The notes: generated from the sequence alone by a model not told the origin. Shown: positions 12,858 through 25,245, numbered from the stretch's first letter. The stretch: DNA of 64,000 nt from Octopus sinensis (GCF_006345805.1 NC_043002.1:49290001-49354000), one strand, 5' to 3'. Program-made: numbers and translations.

Positions 12858-13024
12858 TTTCTTTTGGTTTTGCTTTTGTAAAAAATGGTCCATTTATTTC
12901 ATTTCTATCATAACGTACCTTTGTTATTTAAAAACTGTTTGGCACATACATTTGCCTCTTTCCACTTCTCTGCCCATCAATCATATAGTCTTGTGTATAT
13001 GTATACATATACCTCTGTGTGTGA

Positions 13025-14130
13025 GTCATTATTCAGTTTTATTTCAAGATTTCTTGCCAATAGAGAAAGAGACTCCTTCATTGGAATTTCAACATCAACA
13101 GGGTATGTATGTATGTATATGTGCAGATTTTTATGTTTGTTTTATGTATGTATTCTCATATATATAGTTGCATGTCTAGACGTACTCATGTATATCTAAA
13201 TGATAAACTTCTGGAAAGTTTTACAAATTTTTACAGTTCCACTGATGGCCTTGGATCTGTAGTCTTTATGTATGTACGTATGTTTGTGTGTGTGCATGTA
13301 TGTATGTATGTATGTATTTATGTATGTATGTATGTATGTATGCATGTATGTATGTATGTATGTATGTATGTATGTATGTATGTATGTATGTATGTATGTA
13401 TGTATGCATGCATGCATGTATGTATGTATGTTTCATGTATGTATTCTCATGCATATATTTGCATATCTAGACATGCTCATATATATTTAAATGATAAACT
13501 TCTGGAAAGTTTTACAGATCTTTTCAGTTCCAGTAATGGATTGGATTTGTAGTCTTCAAATGTATGTATGTATGTATGTATGTATGTATGTATGTATGTA
13601 TGTATGTATTTATGTATGTATGTATGTATGTATGTATGTATGTATGTATGTATGTATGTATGTATGTATGCATGTATGTATGAATGAATGTATGTGTGTA
13701 TGTCATTATTCAGTTATATTTCAAGATTTCTTGCCAATAGAGAAACAGCTGGTTTCTAACCTAGATCCAAGGCTCCTTCATTGGAATTTCAACAACATCA
13801 ACACAGTATTTTTGCATGTATGTGTGTATATGTACAACATTTGGAGTCAGTGTATGTGCAGATTTGTATGTTTTGTTTTATGTATGTATTCTCATATACT
13901 TGCATATCTAGACATGTTCACATATATTTAAATGATAAACTTCTAGAAAGTTTTACAGATTTTTATAGTTCTAGTGATGGCGTGGATCTGTAGTCTTCAA
14001 ATCAGCTTTCTCTTTTCTAGTTTTGAGAAGTCTAATTTCTCAAGATCGGTATTTAGGCAGTGTGTTACATATCCTAGTGCTCCAATAATTACAGGCATAA
14101 ACCTGAGCTTGTAATCTGGATAGATTACAA
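13025..14130 (-). mobile_element. Three tandem 5'-truncated 3' ends of an RLE-type (R4/NeSL-like) non-LTR retrotransposon embedded in (CATA)n
   Basis: Units 13702-14130, 13431-13560 and 13025-13267. The longest reads YPDYKLRFMPVIIGALGYVTHCLNTDLEKLDFSKLEKRKLI*RLQIHAITRTIKICKTF*KFII*. Units are separated and bounded by (TATG)n. Confidence 0.85.
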
Positions 14131-14190
14131 TACGTATGTATGTATGTATGTATGTATGTATGTATGTATGTATGTATACATAAAATAAAA

Positions 14191-14415
14191 GGTAGTGAGT
14201 TTTTTTTTAGAAATGTCACTACCAGTGGCCTAGCATGTATAAAAAGTCAATAGACAACATATTCTCAATACTTCTAGCGTGTAAAAACTGCCTGTCCGAA
14301 GGCAGTTTTCCAGTGTGTTTAAATGTACACTATTTCATATTGAGAATATGTTGTCTATTGACTTTGATACATGCTAGGACACTGATAGTGAAATTTCTAA
14401 AAAAAACTCACTACC
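14191..14415. mobile_element. MITE-like foldback with ~80-bp inverted arms
   Basis: Arms 14191-14270 and 14338-14415. The 67-bp spacer holds the hairpin aaaactgcc/ggcagtttt. Confidence 0.7.
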
Positions 14416-14854
14416 CCATATTTTACGTATATTTAGCAATTTTTAATAGATTAGTTCGGCATTTATTCAATTACTGCCGATTGAAGCTGCGCTTGCGCGG
14501 TGAATTTTGAAAAATTTATAATGTATAACGATGAGACACGTGTTATTCGTCTCTTAATTATATGTTAGTGTTATGGCGCGGTCACTGATAGGAAATTTCG
14601 CCTAGCAAATTATTTTATTCGCTAAAAAAAATTTAGAAACCTAGATCTGACCGGATTAAAATAACAAGGTAAAAGTTTTTATTTTTCATTCCTTTTGAAA
14701 ATTGCTCTTAAATGTGGTTTTAGTCGTTTTGACTGCTTCTTCTAGCGTGTAAAACTGCCTGTTGAAGACAGTTTTCTCCTGTGCTTAAATGTACACTATT
14801 TTATATGTATGTATACAAGTATGTACATATGTACGTATGTATGCATGTATGTGT

Positions 14855-15140
14855 GTGAAGGCACGTGGGTTAGTGGTTAGAGCATTCAGCATGCCGTGTC
14901 CTTGAGCAAGACACTTTATCTTCCCTTCCTCCTATTCATTCGGCTGGCAAAATAAATATTACCTTTATTTCAAAGGGCCAGCTTTGTCACGTTCTGCGTC
15001 CCGCTGAATCTCCCTGAGAACTACTTTAAGGGTATGCATTGTCTCTGGAATACTCAACGAGTTATACTTTAATTTCACAGGTAGGCTGTCCCGTTGATCA
15101 GATCAACAGGAACACTTATTGTCGTAACTGACTGAGTGCT
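14855..15140 (+). mobile_element. tRNA-derived SINE family D (degenerate)
   Basis: gtgaaggcacgtgggttagtggttagagc..gtgtccttgagcaagacacttta..tttcaaagggccagctttgtcac; homologous to 34814-35136 and 40082-40370. Confidence 0.8.
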
Positions 15141-15694
15141 AATCATGTATGTATGTATGTATGTATGTATGTATGTATGTATGTATGTATGTATGTATGT
15201 GTGTATGTGTGTGTGTATACGTATGTATGTGTGTAGGGCTGGATGGACGGATGCATGGGCGGAAGGATGGATGGCTGGATGCGATGGATGGCTGGATGCG
15301 ATGGATGGCTGGTTGGACGGGCTGGATGGACGGTTGGATGCATGCATGCATATACATGGATGAAGAAATAGTAGATGTTTGTACGCATGCGTAAAATTGC
15401 AATCACTATACAAAAAATAAATTTACTTTCAATAAAAATAATTGGGTCCGAGGTTGTTCGAACCTCTCACACACTAACCTATTTCTTTATAACGAAATAT
15501 ATCTAAAAAAAAAAAAAAGATAATCCGCTTTTATTGTATAAAAGCTAGCGGCTGTCGCAGAAATAACTGGAAATACTTAACAGATGTTATAGCCCGTAAT
15601 ATGATGTCAGATGTGATGTGACAATGATGCGACTGTTAGGCGTCATTAGTGATAAGAATGATTAACCACATTTGCCCTGGGTTACAAATTCATT

Positions 15695-15851
15695 AGGAGT
15701 GGCTGTGTGGTAAGTAGCTTGCTAACCAGCCACATGGTTCCGGGTTCGGTACCACTGCGTGGCATCTTGGGCAAGTGTCTTCTGCTATAGCCCCGAGTCG
15801 ACCAATGCCTTGTGAGTGGATTTGGTAGACGGAAACTGAAAGAAGCCTGTC

Positions 15852-15901
<50 letters not shown>

Positions 15902-16122
15902 TTGTGTGTCTGTGTTTGTGCCCCTAGCATTGCTTGACAACCGATGCTGGTGTGTTTACGTCCCCGTAACTTAGTGGTTCGGCAAAAGAGTACGATAGAA
16001 TAAGTACTGGGCTTACAAAAAAATAAGTCCCAGGGTCGAGTTGTTCGACTAAAGGCGGTGCTCCAGCATGGCCGCGGTCAAATGACTGAAACAAGTAAAA
16101 GAGAGTAAAAAAAGAGAGAGAG
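15695..16122 (+). mobile_element. SINE family B, full length
   Basis: Head aggagtggctgtgtggtaag, internal (TA)n(TG)n, tail aagtaaaagagagtaaaa. Confidence 0.93.
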
Positions 16123-16451
16123 GGTAATATAATCGATTAAATCGATCTCAGTTCATGACTGGTACTTATTATTTCTTCGCTATACGGAGGATTAAAGGTA
16201 AAGAGGAAGAAAAGGAAAACACAGTGGAGAGGATTTAATTGCAAACTGCTGCAAGACACTTAATTCCACACAACCACTTCTGTCATTTCTCTACCATTTC
16301 ACTACGATAGTTATGTACATACATGCATCCATCCATCCATCCATACGTACGTACGTACGTCCGTACACATATACTTACGCACATACAAATACATATACAT
16401 GCATACACACACGCATACAGAAACACGCAGATATGCATACGTGTATTCTTA

Positions 16452-16692
16452 TTCTTTCATTCTTTCATTTTACTTGTGTCAGTCAGCTGGCTGCGGCCAT
16501 GCTGGAGCACCGCCTTGAAGGGTTTTGGTCAAACAAATCGACCGTAGGACTTACTTTTTTTAAAACCTAGTACTTATTCTATCGGTCTCTTTTGCTGAAC
16601 TGGTGAGTTACGGGGACGAAAACAAACCAGCGCCGCGTGTCAAACGGTGGGGGGTAGGGGACAAACACAAACTCAAAGAGACACACAGACAC
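16452..16692 (-). mobile_element. SINE family B, 3' half
   Basis: Reverse complement of the B-family 3' body and tail. Confidence 0.85.
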
Positions 16693-16764
16693 ATCTACAT
16701 ATACATATATACATACATGCATACATACATACATACATACATATAAATATATATATATATATAT

Positions 16765-17456
16765 ATAATTAGCAGCAGTCAATTTATCGGTTTGAGAACA
16801 TATATTTCATATATAAAAATTAAAGGTAGAAATTGATATTAGTCAATTAAAACCAGTGGTCTAGCACATTAAAAAGAATCCGAAGATTAAAATATTTTAT
16901 ATACCAATTAAGGACTGAACACGAAAATGTGGACAGTCAACATGCTAGATATAGACGTCAAATCGCCATTCTCCACAAGGATTATGTTCTCAAATAAAAA
17001 TAAAATTCAGCACGACCTAAAGCAATGGATGAGACAAAAGAAAAATACTAAGTGGAATAATTACCTACGTACTGCAGTTTCAGCTATTAATATCACAAGG
17101 ATATCTGTAGCTTCATCAGCGTAGTTAGTTATGAGCATAATATGCTGTACTAGATGAAAAACGGTACCGGAGTCCCGCATGCAAAAAGTACAACCTATTA
17201 CGTTCGGATGTATCTTTCGAATGCCTCTACTTTTGGCGCGCTGATAATCGAAAAACTAGTCTGCAGCCAATAATTAGCAGCAGTCAATTTATCGGTTTGA
17301 GAACATATATTTCATATTTAAAAATTAAGGGTAGAAATTGATATTAGTCAATTAAAACCAGTGGTCTAGCACATTAAAAAGAATCCGAAGATTAAAAATT
17401 TTATATACCAATTAAGGACTGAACACGAAATGTGGACAGTCAACATGCTAGATATA
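16765..17456 (-). mobile_element. Terminally redundant non-coding cassette (189/187-bp direct repeats, 505-bp period) with a hammerhead ribozyme; retrozyme or Penelope pLTR-like
   Basis: Repeats 16765-16953 and 17270-17456 differ by about 2 substitutions and two 1-nt indels; (TA)n on both sides; no credible ORF. Confidence 0.75.
17065..17124 (-). ncRNA. Type I hammerhead ribozyme, apparently intact
   Basis: Minus strand: ctacg-CTGATGA-agcta[cagatatccttgtgatattaa]tagct-GAAA-c-tgca-g-TA/cgtag. Stem I 5 bp, stem II 5 bp plus atatc/gatat, palindromic stem III, GUA cleavage between 17070 and 17069. Confidence 0.85.
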
Positions 17457-17520
17457 TATATATGTATATATATATACATATATATTATAATATATATATA
17501 TATATAATATATATATATAC

Positions 17521-17654
17521 AACGGGCTTCTTTCAGTTTCCGTTTACCAGACCCAGTTTGGTCGACTCGAGGATATAGTAGAAGACACTCGCCCTAGATT
17601 CCACGCAGTGGGAACCGAACACAGAACCATGTGGTTGGGAAGCAAGCTTCTTAC

Positions 17655-17656
<2 letters not shown>
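17521..17656 (-). mobile_element. SINE family B, 5' half
   Basis: Reverse complement of the B head and CORE-like segment. Confidence 0.8.
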
Positions 17657-17692
<36 letters not shown>

Positions 17693-18005
17693 TATATATA
17701 TATACGCACACACACACACATATATATTTATATGTGTATGCACGCATGCACATACATACATACATACATACATACATACATACATACACACATAAACAAA
17801 AGAGGCACCTTTTGAGAACCATGTGGTTGAGAAGCAAGCTTCTTATCAAACACATACATAATATATATATATATATTATATATATATATTATATACACAC
17901 ACACCACCACTCATATATGTATATGTATATGCACGCACGCGCATACATAATACATACATACATACATACATACACAAACAAAAGAAGTACCTTTTGAGCT
18001 TTAAG

Positions 18006-18690
18006 ATGCAACCGAAAATGTCGATTATGTCATATTTTTGTGGAAGACATCTCACATGTGATTAGCAGTTAACCAAAAATGTCATCAAGGTACTACCCCT
18101 CTACGTTGTTTGCAAAAACAATAAACAATACTATTCAGAAAAAAAGACTGTTCTGGAATAAATATAGAGAATCCCCTTGTTATTGAATACGTACACAAAT
18201 ACTAGTGCAAGGAATACTGGTGGAACATTCCCATCAAAATGTCTATCATAACAAGCCAGATGCTGTTGTTTAGGACAAAAAAAAAACGTGTGTTCCATCA
18301 TAGAGGTTAGCTGCCCTGCTGATGCGAATATCTTTTTGAAAATCGAATTGAAGGGTGATAACTTCGGACATCTGCTTCGAAACCTCCAGGTTCTATATCC
18401 AGATTATAATCGAAGTCGCATTTATACCAAAAATAAACGATGCATTTGGTTTTGTGAGTAAATGTTTAAGTGACAGTCGGGAAAGAGAGGGTTTTCAGAA
18501 TAAGAAATCAATCAACTATCTCGCACATTACAAATACAAGTGGAACAGTAAAAATATGCAAGAGTTTTCTCAAGTTTAAAATGCGACATTGATATTTATA
18601 TCTTCATTCCAATGATAGAGCTTTGTATCTTTGTTACAAACGAGCTCCTTCCTCAGAGGAGGAATTTAAATAATTAAATAAAAAGAGAAT
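18006..18690 (+). mobile_element. Decayed RLE-type non-LTR retrotransposon C-terminus (CCHC knuckle + restriction-like endonuclease) and 3' UTR
   Basis: Reads KCRLCHIFVEDISHVISS, EYWWNIPIK, HNKPDAVV, CSIIEVSCPAD, LLRNLQVLYPDY, GTVKICKSFLKF across frameshifts and stops. Confidence 0.85.
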
Positions 18691-18921
18691 AAATATAGAG
18701 AATCCCCTTGTTATTGAATACGTACACAAATACTAGTACAAGGAATACTGGTCGAACATTCCCATCAAAATGTCTATCAAAACAAGCCAGATGCTGTTGT
18801 TTAGGACAAAAAAAAAACGTGTGTTCCATCATAGAGGTTAGCTGCTCTGCTGATGTGAATATCTCTTTGAAAATCGAATTGAATTATCTACGGACATCTG
18901 CTTCGAAACCTCCAGGTTCTA
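18689..18921 (+). repeat. Local duplicate of 18159-18398 (RLE fragment) ending in (CA)n
   Basis: Near-identical aataaatatagagaatcccc...cctccaggttctata about 530 bp downstream of the first copy. Confidence 0.9.
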
Positions 18922-18944
18922 TACACACACACACACACACACAC

Positions 18945-18986
<42 letters not shown>

Positions 18987-19351
18987 TAAATACATACATG
19001 CATACATACATACATACATACATACATACATACATACATACATACATACATACATACTTGCATGCATGCATACATACATAGGTACGTACGTACGTACATA
19101 CATACATTCATACATACATACATACATACATACATACATACATACATACATACATACATACATACATACATACATACATACATACATACATACATACATA
19201 CATTGTGATGGGAGTAGCGTTACTAATGTTTATGCTGTTCCGAGAGAAAAACAAAACAACCTAAGTTTACCTTTTGATCACTACAACTTATTAAAAAAAA
19301 AAACAGCATTATATATATATATGTATAAATATATATTCACACACACACATA

Positions 19352-19520
19352 CGACAAGCTTCCGCACAGTTTCTGCCTACTAAATTCACTCAAAACTTTT
19401 TGGTCGTACAGAGACTACTGTAGAAGACATTTTCCCTGAGTATTGTGCTGTGGAACTGAACCCGAATCTACGTGGTTAGATTGTAAAGAGAATTTCTAAA
19501 CTACACAGCCATGCCTAGGC
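19352..19520 (-). mobile_element. SINE family B, decayed 5' half
   Basis: Reverse complement of the head, ending ctacacagccatgcct. Confidence 0.65.
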
Positions 19521-21531
19521 CTGTTTATGTAAAAGTTCCATTGGTATATCTTGCAGTACGGAATAGCATATTGGATTATGTAGACTGAAACATATTATGG
19601 TTGATCAGGATGAAGTCAGAGGAAACCAAGGGCTAAACCGAAACAATTTGGGTAGAAAGAAAACAAGTAAGTGGTAACAACGAAATGAAACAGCGTAAAA
19701 AGAAAATGTAAATGGCACAAAAAAATAATCGTAAAAATAAACGGAACGAAAAGAAAAACTCAAGAATGAAATAAAATACAAAATGTAAAAAACAAAAAAA
19801 TAAAGAATTTAAGGAGTAATTATTCGTAAACTTTTAATCAGCAAAACTGAAGTCAAGAATGGTCAAAATATAACATCAATTTTCTGTAATAACGTAATTA
19901 TTAATGTAGTCTTTAAGTTGGCGTGTTAAATTGCGTGATGAATGGCGTTTCGTATGCGTACGTATTTGTGAGAGTATGGACATGGATGAGTCTGAGTGTG
20001 TTCGTGCAAGTGTGTGTACAAGTATGTGTGCATGTGTTTACAGCTATGTGTGTTTGTAAGTGTGTGCGTGTGTAGGTGCAGTAGTAGTAACTAGGACGGT
20101 AACAATAGCAACAACGATATTTAGGACACATGCAAGTATGGTCGAAGAACACTTCGGAAACCACGAAGTACTCTGGTTCGATCATACTGCACTGCCCCTT
20201 GGCAAGTGTCATTTACCTGAAGCCATTTGTATGCGTGAGCGCTCGCGTCCATGTTTCTATATGTATGTATCTATGAGCATGTGTGTACGTGTACGTACGT
20301 ACGTGCGTATGTATGTATGTATGTATGTTTGTATGTATGTATGTATGTATGTATGTGTGTGTATGCATGCATATATATATATATTAATTCCCCTTCTCAT
20401 TTTTCTTCCTTCTCCTCGCTACCCCTCTCTCACATTTCTTGGCCCTCTCTTTCTTTAACTCCCACTATTCCCACTATTCCCCTGTACCTTTCTCTTTGTC
20501 TCAGATTTTTTCTAATCCTTCAATTCCGCTGCCCCCTACCCATCTCTCCTCCTTCAACGTGACCGGTGCCCGGTCAGCCAACACCTTTTGTGTCCATATC
20601 CTATGTTCCCCCCTTTAGGCTTTTACTTCATATACGCTAGCTCAATTTGATTCGTTCTCAGTCTAAAGACACTTGTTATTTCTTGTTGTTTGTATTCGTA
20701 ATTGTGTATCATTTTCTCCGTTTTATAATTTTCTTATTTCTTTCTTTTTGTCTTTAATGCCGTACACATTCACTCGCTAGCTTTCTTACAAAGGGGTCTA
20801 ATGCTCTTAGCTTAGACTTTTTTAGGGGGCAACCAGATCGAACCATCTCAAGTGTAACTGCTCGAACTGGTCGTGACTTCTGGAACTTGACTGAAGAAAG
20901 AAAGCTCCGTCCTAATTGTTGTTTCTCTTGTCCGCCTTTGTATCGTCTATCTGTCCGAATGTTTTAAAGTCTTCTATTACGCTTTTGTTCCATTTATATA
21001 TATAATGATATCATTATCAATAAGAAATAATAGTAATACTAGTGGCCAGCAAGCATAAAACTGTATAGGCAGATTTATAAATATATAAAGGTACTAGAAG
21101 TACCAGCTTTGCTAGAAATAAGAGTCAGATAAAATATCAATGACTCAGAGATTTAAAACAAGTTGTTTTTCTATATACGAGATCAGCGACTGTGCCACTT
21201 AAAAAATATATTGTATTTGCAAGGGGAGAGAGAGCTTTCGTCACTAGCTTGTGATTGTCTCACGCTGCGGACGGATAACAATCAGAAACCTAGCTTTGTG
21301 AGTATCACGTAAGGCTAAAGATGGGCGCGATTACCTCCCTTGCAAATACTATCTGCAGACACAAACTGTGTGTCGACAGCCAGCTGGAAAAAGGCTTTTC
21401 CTGGGGCCAAAACAACAGTAACATCGTCCTTTAGAAGACTGTCACATTCTGTTGGCATAAAGACATTACGATTCGGTACTGTTGTACTGTATATCTCGCG
21501 CTCAGAGATTTAAAAACAACTTTTTTTTAAC

Positions 21532-21599
<68 letters not shown>

Positions 21600-21684
21600 T
21601 ATATATATATATATATATATAGATATATATATATATATATTATATGTATTATATATATATATATATATATATATGTATTATGTA

Positions 21685-21782
<98 letters not shown>

Positions 21783-21982
21783 TTATGCATGATATATACA
21801 GGTTAATTCCACTTACGTTGAAAGTTAAACATGTTTGCTTTTAGAAGCGTTGAGGTGTATTGAAAGATACAGATAAGGAAATAATTTTATTCTCAAACAC
21901 AAGATAATGCTTATAATACACACACACACACACACACACATACACACACACATAATTATAACAAGAGCTTGGCTTGTGCCTT

Positions 21983-22255
21983 ACCACGCACTGAAAAATA
22001 GACGTCAAGAGACACTATTACCACTATAAGTTCTCCGAGAGAAACACACGACATAAAAGGCTAGTAAAAGAAAGAAAATGAATCAACACCTCGGAGTACC
22101 AGGAGTACGCTGATGAAGGCAATAGGTAATGTTTTATTTTTATTACTTTAAGCCCGAAACACGATCATGCATGCTAGCCTTTTATGTAGTGTATTTCTCT
22201 TGGAGAACTTATAGTGGTAATAGTGTCTCTTGACGTCTATTTTTCAGTGCGTGGT
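21983..22255. repeat. 82-bp inverted repeat (3 mismatches) enclosing a hammerhead-like motif
   Basis: Arms 21983-22064 and 22174-22255. The loop has CTGATGA (22110), ggc/gcc and gtaat/attac pairing, and GAAA (22156). Confidence 0.85.
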
Positions 22256-22385
22256 GAATTATTTATAAAATGTACCTATGAGGTTTTATATCCGCGTTGA
22301 CTACTTGGTATAAATCATTAGTGATTTTTACCCTACTATTATTATTATTATTATTATTATTATCATTATTATTATTAATATTATT

Positions 22386-22416
<31 letters not shown>

Positions 22417-22873
22417 CAAAAGGATGTGTTATAACACTATTCCACATATACAAAAACAACCATACCAACAATCCAACATATCCCCATCAGTAACGACTGT
22501 GTGCATCAATATTCACATGGACACAAAACTATATGAGCGCGTCTACACACTCACATGCCAACCCTTCCTACTCCCCACCAACAAATTCACTGACTTCTAG
22601 TCTGTTTCCTGTCCTCCACGTGGTCAATTTCCTGTTCGCTCTGCGGTATTTTCCAACTACCTGTTACCCATATGCCAACATCAAACCACGACACCGCGTG
22701 ATCTTCCTCGATCAATCGTAGCCCTTCTTATGGTAATAGCAATCACCTTATGTCATTCGAATTTAAAATGGCTGACGACTAGCATCGCACTTGAAACTCA
22801 AGAGTACCAACGAATTTGGATCAAACTGTTTTGAAGCCATACATGTAACTCCCAATAAATTGAGTGCCTTTTT
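22417..22873 (+). mobile_element. (TA)n-flanked non-coding cassette with a hammerhead-like motif (Penelope pLTR-like)
   Basis: tgg-CTGACGA-ctagcatcgcactt-GAAA-ctcaagag-TA-cca at 22769-22809; stem II only partly paired. Confidence 0.5.
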
Positions 22874-22892
22874 TTCGTTAGTCCACTCACTC

Positions 22893-22927
<35 letters not shown>

Positions 22928-23144
22928 TAGATATATAATTATATATATATATTATATATATATAGGATAGAAAAATTATAAGGCAGAATGCTAAATTGAA
23001 AGTAAATTTTAATAAAAATGGTGTATGTTTATTAAAATTTACTTTCAAATTAGCATTCTGCCTTATTATAATTTTTCCTCTCGTATCATTTCTCCAGTGC
23101 GGTCAACAACAACTCCACCATTTACTGATTTACATATATATATA

Positions 23145-23235
23145 GTGAGAGAGAGAGAGAGAGAGTGAGAGAGAGTGAGAGAGAGTGAGAGAAAGAGAGA
23201 GAGAGAGAACGAGAGAGAGAGAGAGAGATAACGAG

Positions 23236-23302
<67 letters not shown>

Positions 23303-23504
23303 GAGATTGCGTTTTGAGGTTTGAAAATGACCGCACGTTTTTCAGATTCAGGTGCACGTCCGATAGAATAAGTACTAGGCTTACAAAGAATAAGTCCTGG
23401 GGTCGATTTGTTCGACTAACGGCAGTGCTCCAGTATAGCCTCAGTCAAATGTCTGCAGCAAATAAGAATATAAGCCTATCTATCTATCTATCTCTATCTA
23501 TCTA

Positions 23505-23547
<43 letters not shown>

Positions 23548-23560
23548 ATCTATCTATCTC

Positions 23561-23603
<43 letters not shown>

Positions 23604-23635
23604 CTGTCTATCTTCTATCTATCTATCTACTATCT

Positions 23636-23684
<49 letters not shown>

Positions 23685-23770
23685 ATATCTCTCTCTCTCT
23701 CTCTCTCGCTCTCTATATATTATATATATATATATATATTATGTATGTATTGTATGTATGTATATATGTT
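23145..23770. repeat. (GA)n, SINE B 3' fragment (23360-23465), (TATC)n and (TA)n
   Basis: Direct reading. Confidence 0.9.
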
Positions 23771-23869
23771 TATATCTTGCATCCTGAGACACATCAATCC
23801 TAAATGCAAGGAAACCATTTGCGCTCAGGTGGTGTCATCGTTGGCCATGATGTTATGTGTTTGGTGAAG

Positions 23870-24200
23870 AAGAAGGAGGAGGAGATGAAGAAGAAGAAGA
23901 AGAAAATAAGAAGAAGAAGAAGAAGAAGAAGGAGATTAAGAAGAAGAAGGAGATTAAGAAAGAAGAAGAAGAAGAAGAAGAAGAGAAAAAAAGAAGAAAA
24001 AGAAGAAGAAAGAAGAAGAAGAAAAGAAAGAAGAATAAAGAAGAAGGAGATTAAGAAGAAGGAGATTAAGAAAGAAGAAGAAGAAGAAGAAGAAGAAAAA
24101 GAAGAAAAGAAGAAGAAGAAGAAGAAGAAGAAGAAGAAGAAGAAGAAGAAGAAGAAGAAGAAGAAGAAGAAGAAGAAACGGGGGAGGAGGTAGAGGAGGA
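23870..24200. repeat. (GAA)n microsatellite with internal duplications
   Basis: Direct reading; produces the Lys/Glu/Arg-rich pseudo-ORFs. Confidence 0.95.
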
Positions 24201-24409
24201 ATCAACAGCAATATTCGACAAAGAAAACACATTTTTTTAATAATATTTTACTGATATTGTGAATAATGCGTCGTTTAGCGCAATGTTTTCACTGAATTAT
24301 TAAAACGATCAACTTGTTTTCCTAATATTTCATCATTTTGAAATGATACATCTCCGAAATATATGTAAAAATGCAATTGGAAAGACATGTTCACTGGAGT
24401 TAATGGTGG

Positions 24410-25010
24410 AAGAGGAAGAGGTAGTGATGGCGGCAGTGGTAGTGGCGTACTAATTGTGGCGGTTGTGATAACTATAATTGCATTGTTGGCCGCAGTGGCT
24501 GTGGTAGCTGTGGAGTGGTGGTGGTGGCGATGGCGATGGCGGTTGAGGTGATGGTGTGGTGGGGTTAACGGTCGAAGTACAAATAGTGGGTGTTGTTGCT
24601 GTTGTTGTTGTGATGATGGTGGTGGTGGTGGTGATGGTGGTGGTGGTGGTGGTGGTGATGGTGGCAGTAGTAGAGAAGTACTACTTGCGTTGGTAGCTTG
24701 TGGTGGTTACATTTGTAGTTGTTGGCGATGGTGGTGGTAGTGGTAGTGGTGGTGGTGATGATGGTGGTGATGGAGGTGATGGTGGTGATGGAGGTGATGG
24801 TGGAGGTGGTGTTAGAGATGGTTGTGTTGGTGATGGTAATTTGTGATGGTAAGAGTTGTTAGTGGAGATGGCTGTAGTGGTGGTGGTGGCGGCGGTGGTG
24901 GTAGTGGTGGTGGTGGTGGTGGTTTTGGTGGTAGCGGCGGTGGTAGTGGTGGTGCTGGTGGAAGCGGCGGCGGCTGTGGCGGTGGTAGTAATGGTGATAG
25001 TGTAACAATA
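24410..25010. repeat. (GGT)n low-complexity tract
   Basis: Direct reading. Confidence 0.9.
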
Positions 25011-25019
25011 GTGTAGTTA

Positions 25020-25245
25020 TTCTTTCATTCTTTTATCTGTCTCGGTCATTTCACTGCGGCCATGCTGGAGCACCACCTTAAAGAGTTTTTTTTTAGACGG
25101 AGAAATCGACCTCAGGACTTATTCTTTGTAAGCCTAGTACTTACTCTATCGGTCTGTTTTGCTGAACTACTAAGAAGATGTAAACACACCAACATCGGTT
25201 GTCAAACGGTGGTGGTGGGGGACAAACATAGACATAAAGGCAGAC
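25020..25245 (-). mobile_element. SINE family B, 3' half
   Basis: Reverse complement of the B-family tail and body. Confidence 0.85.
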
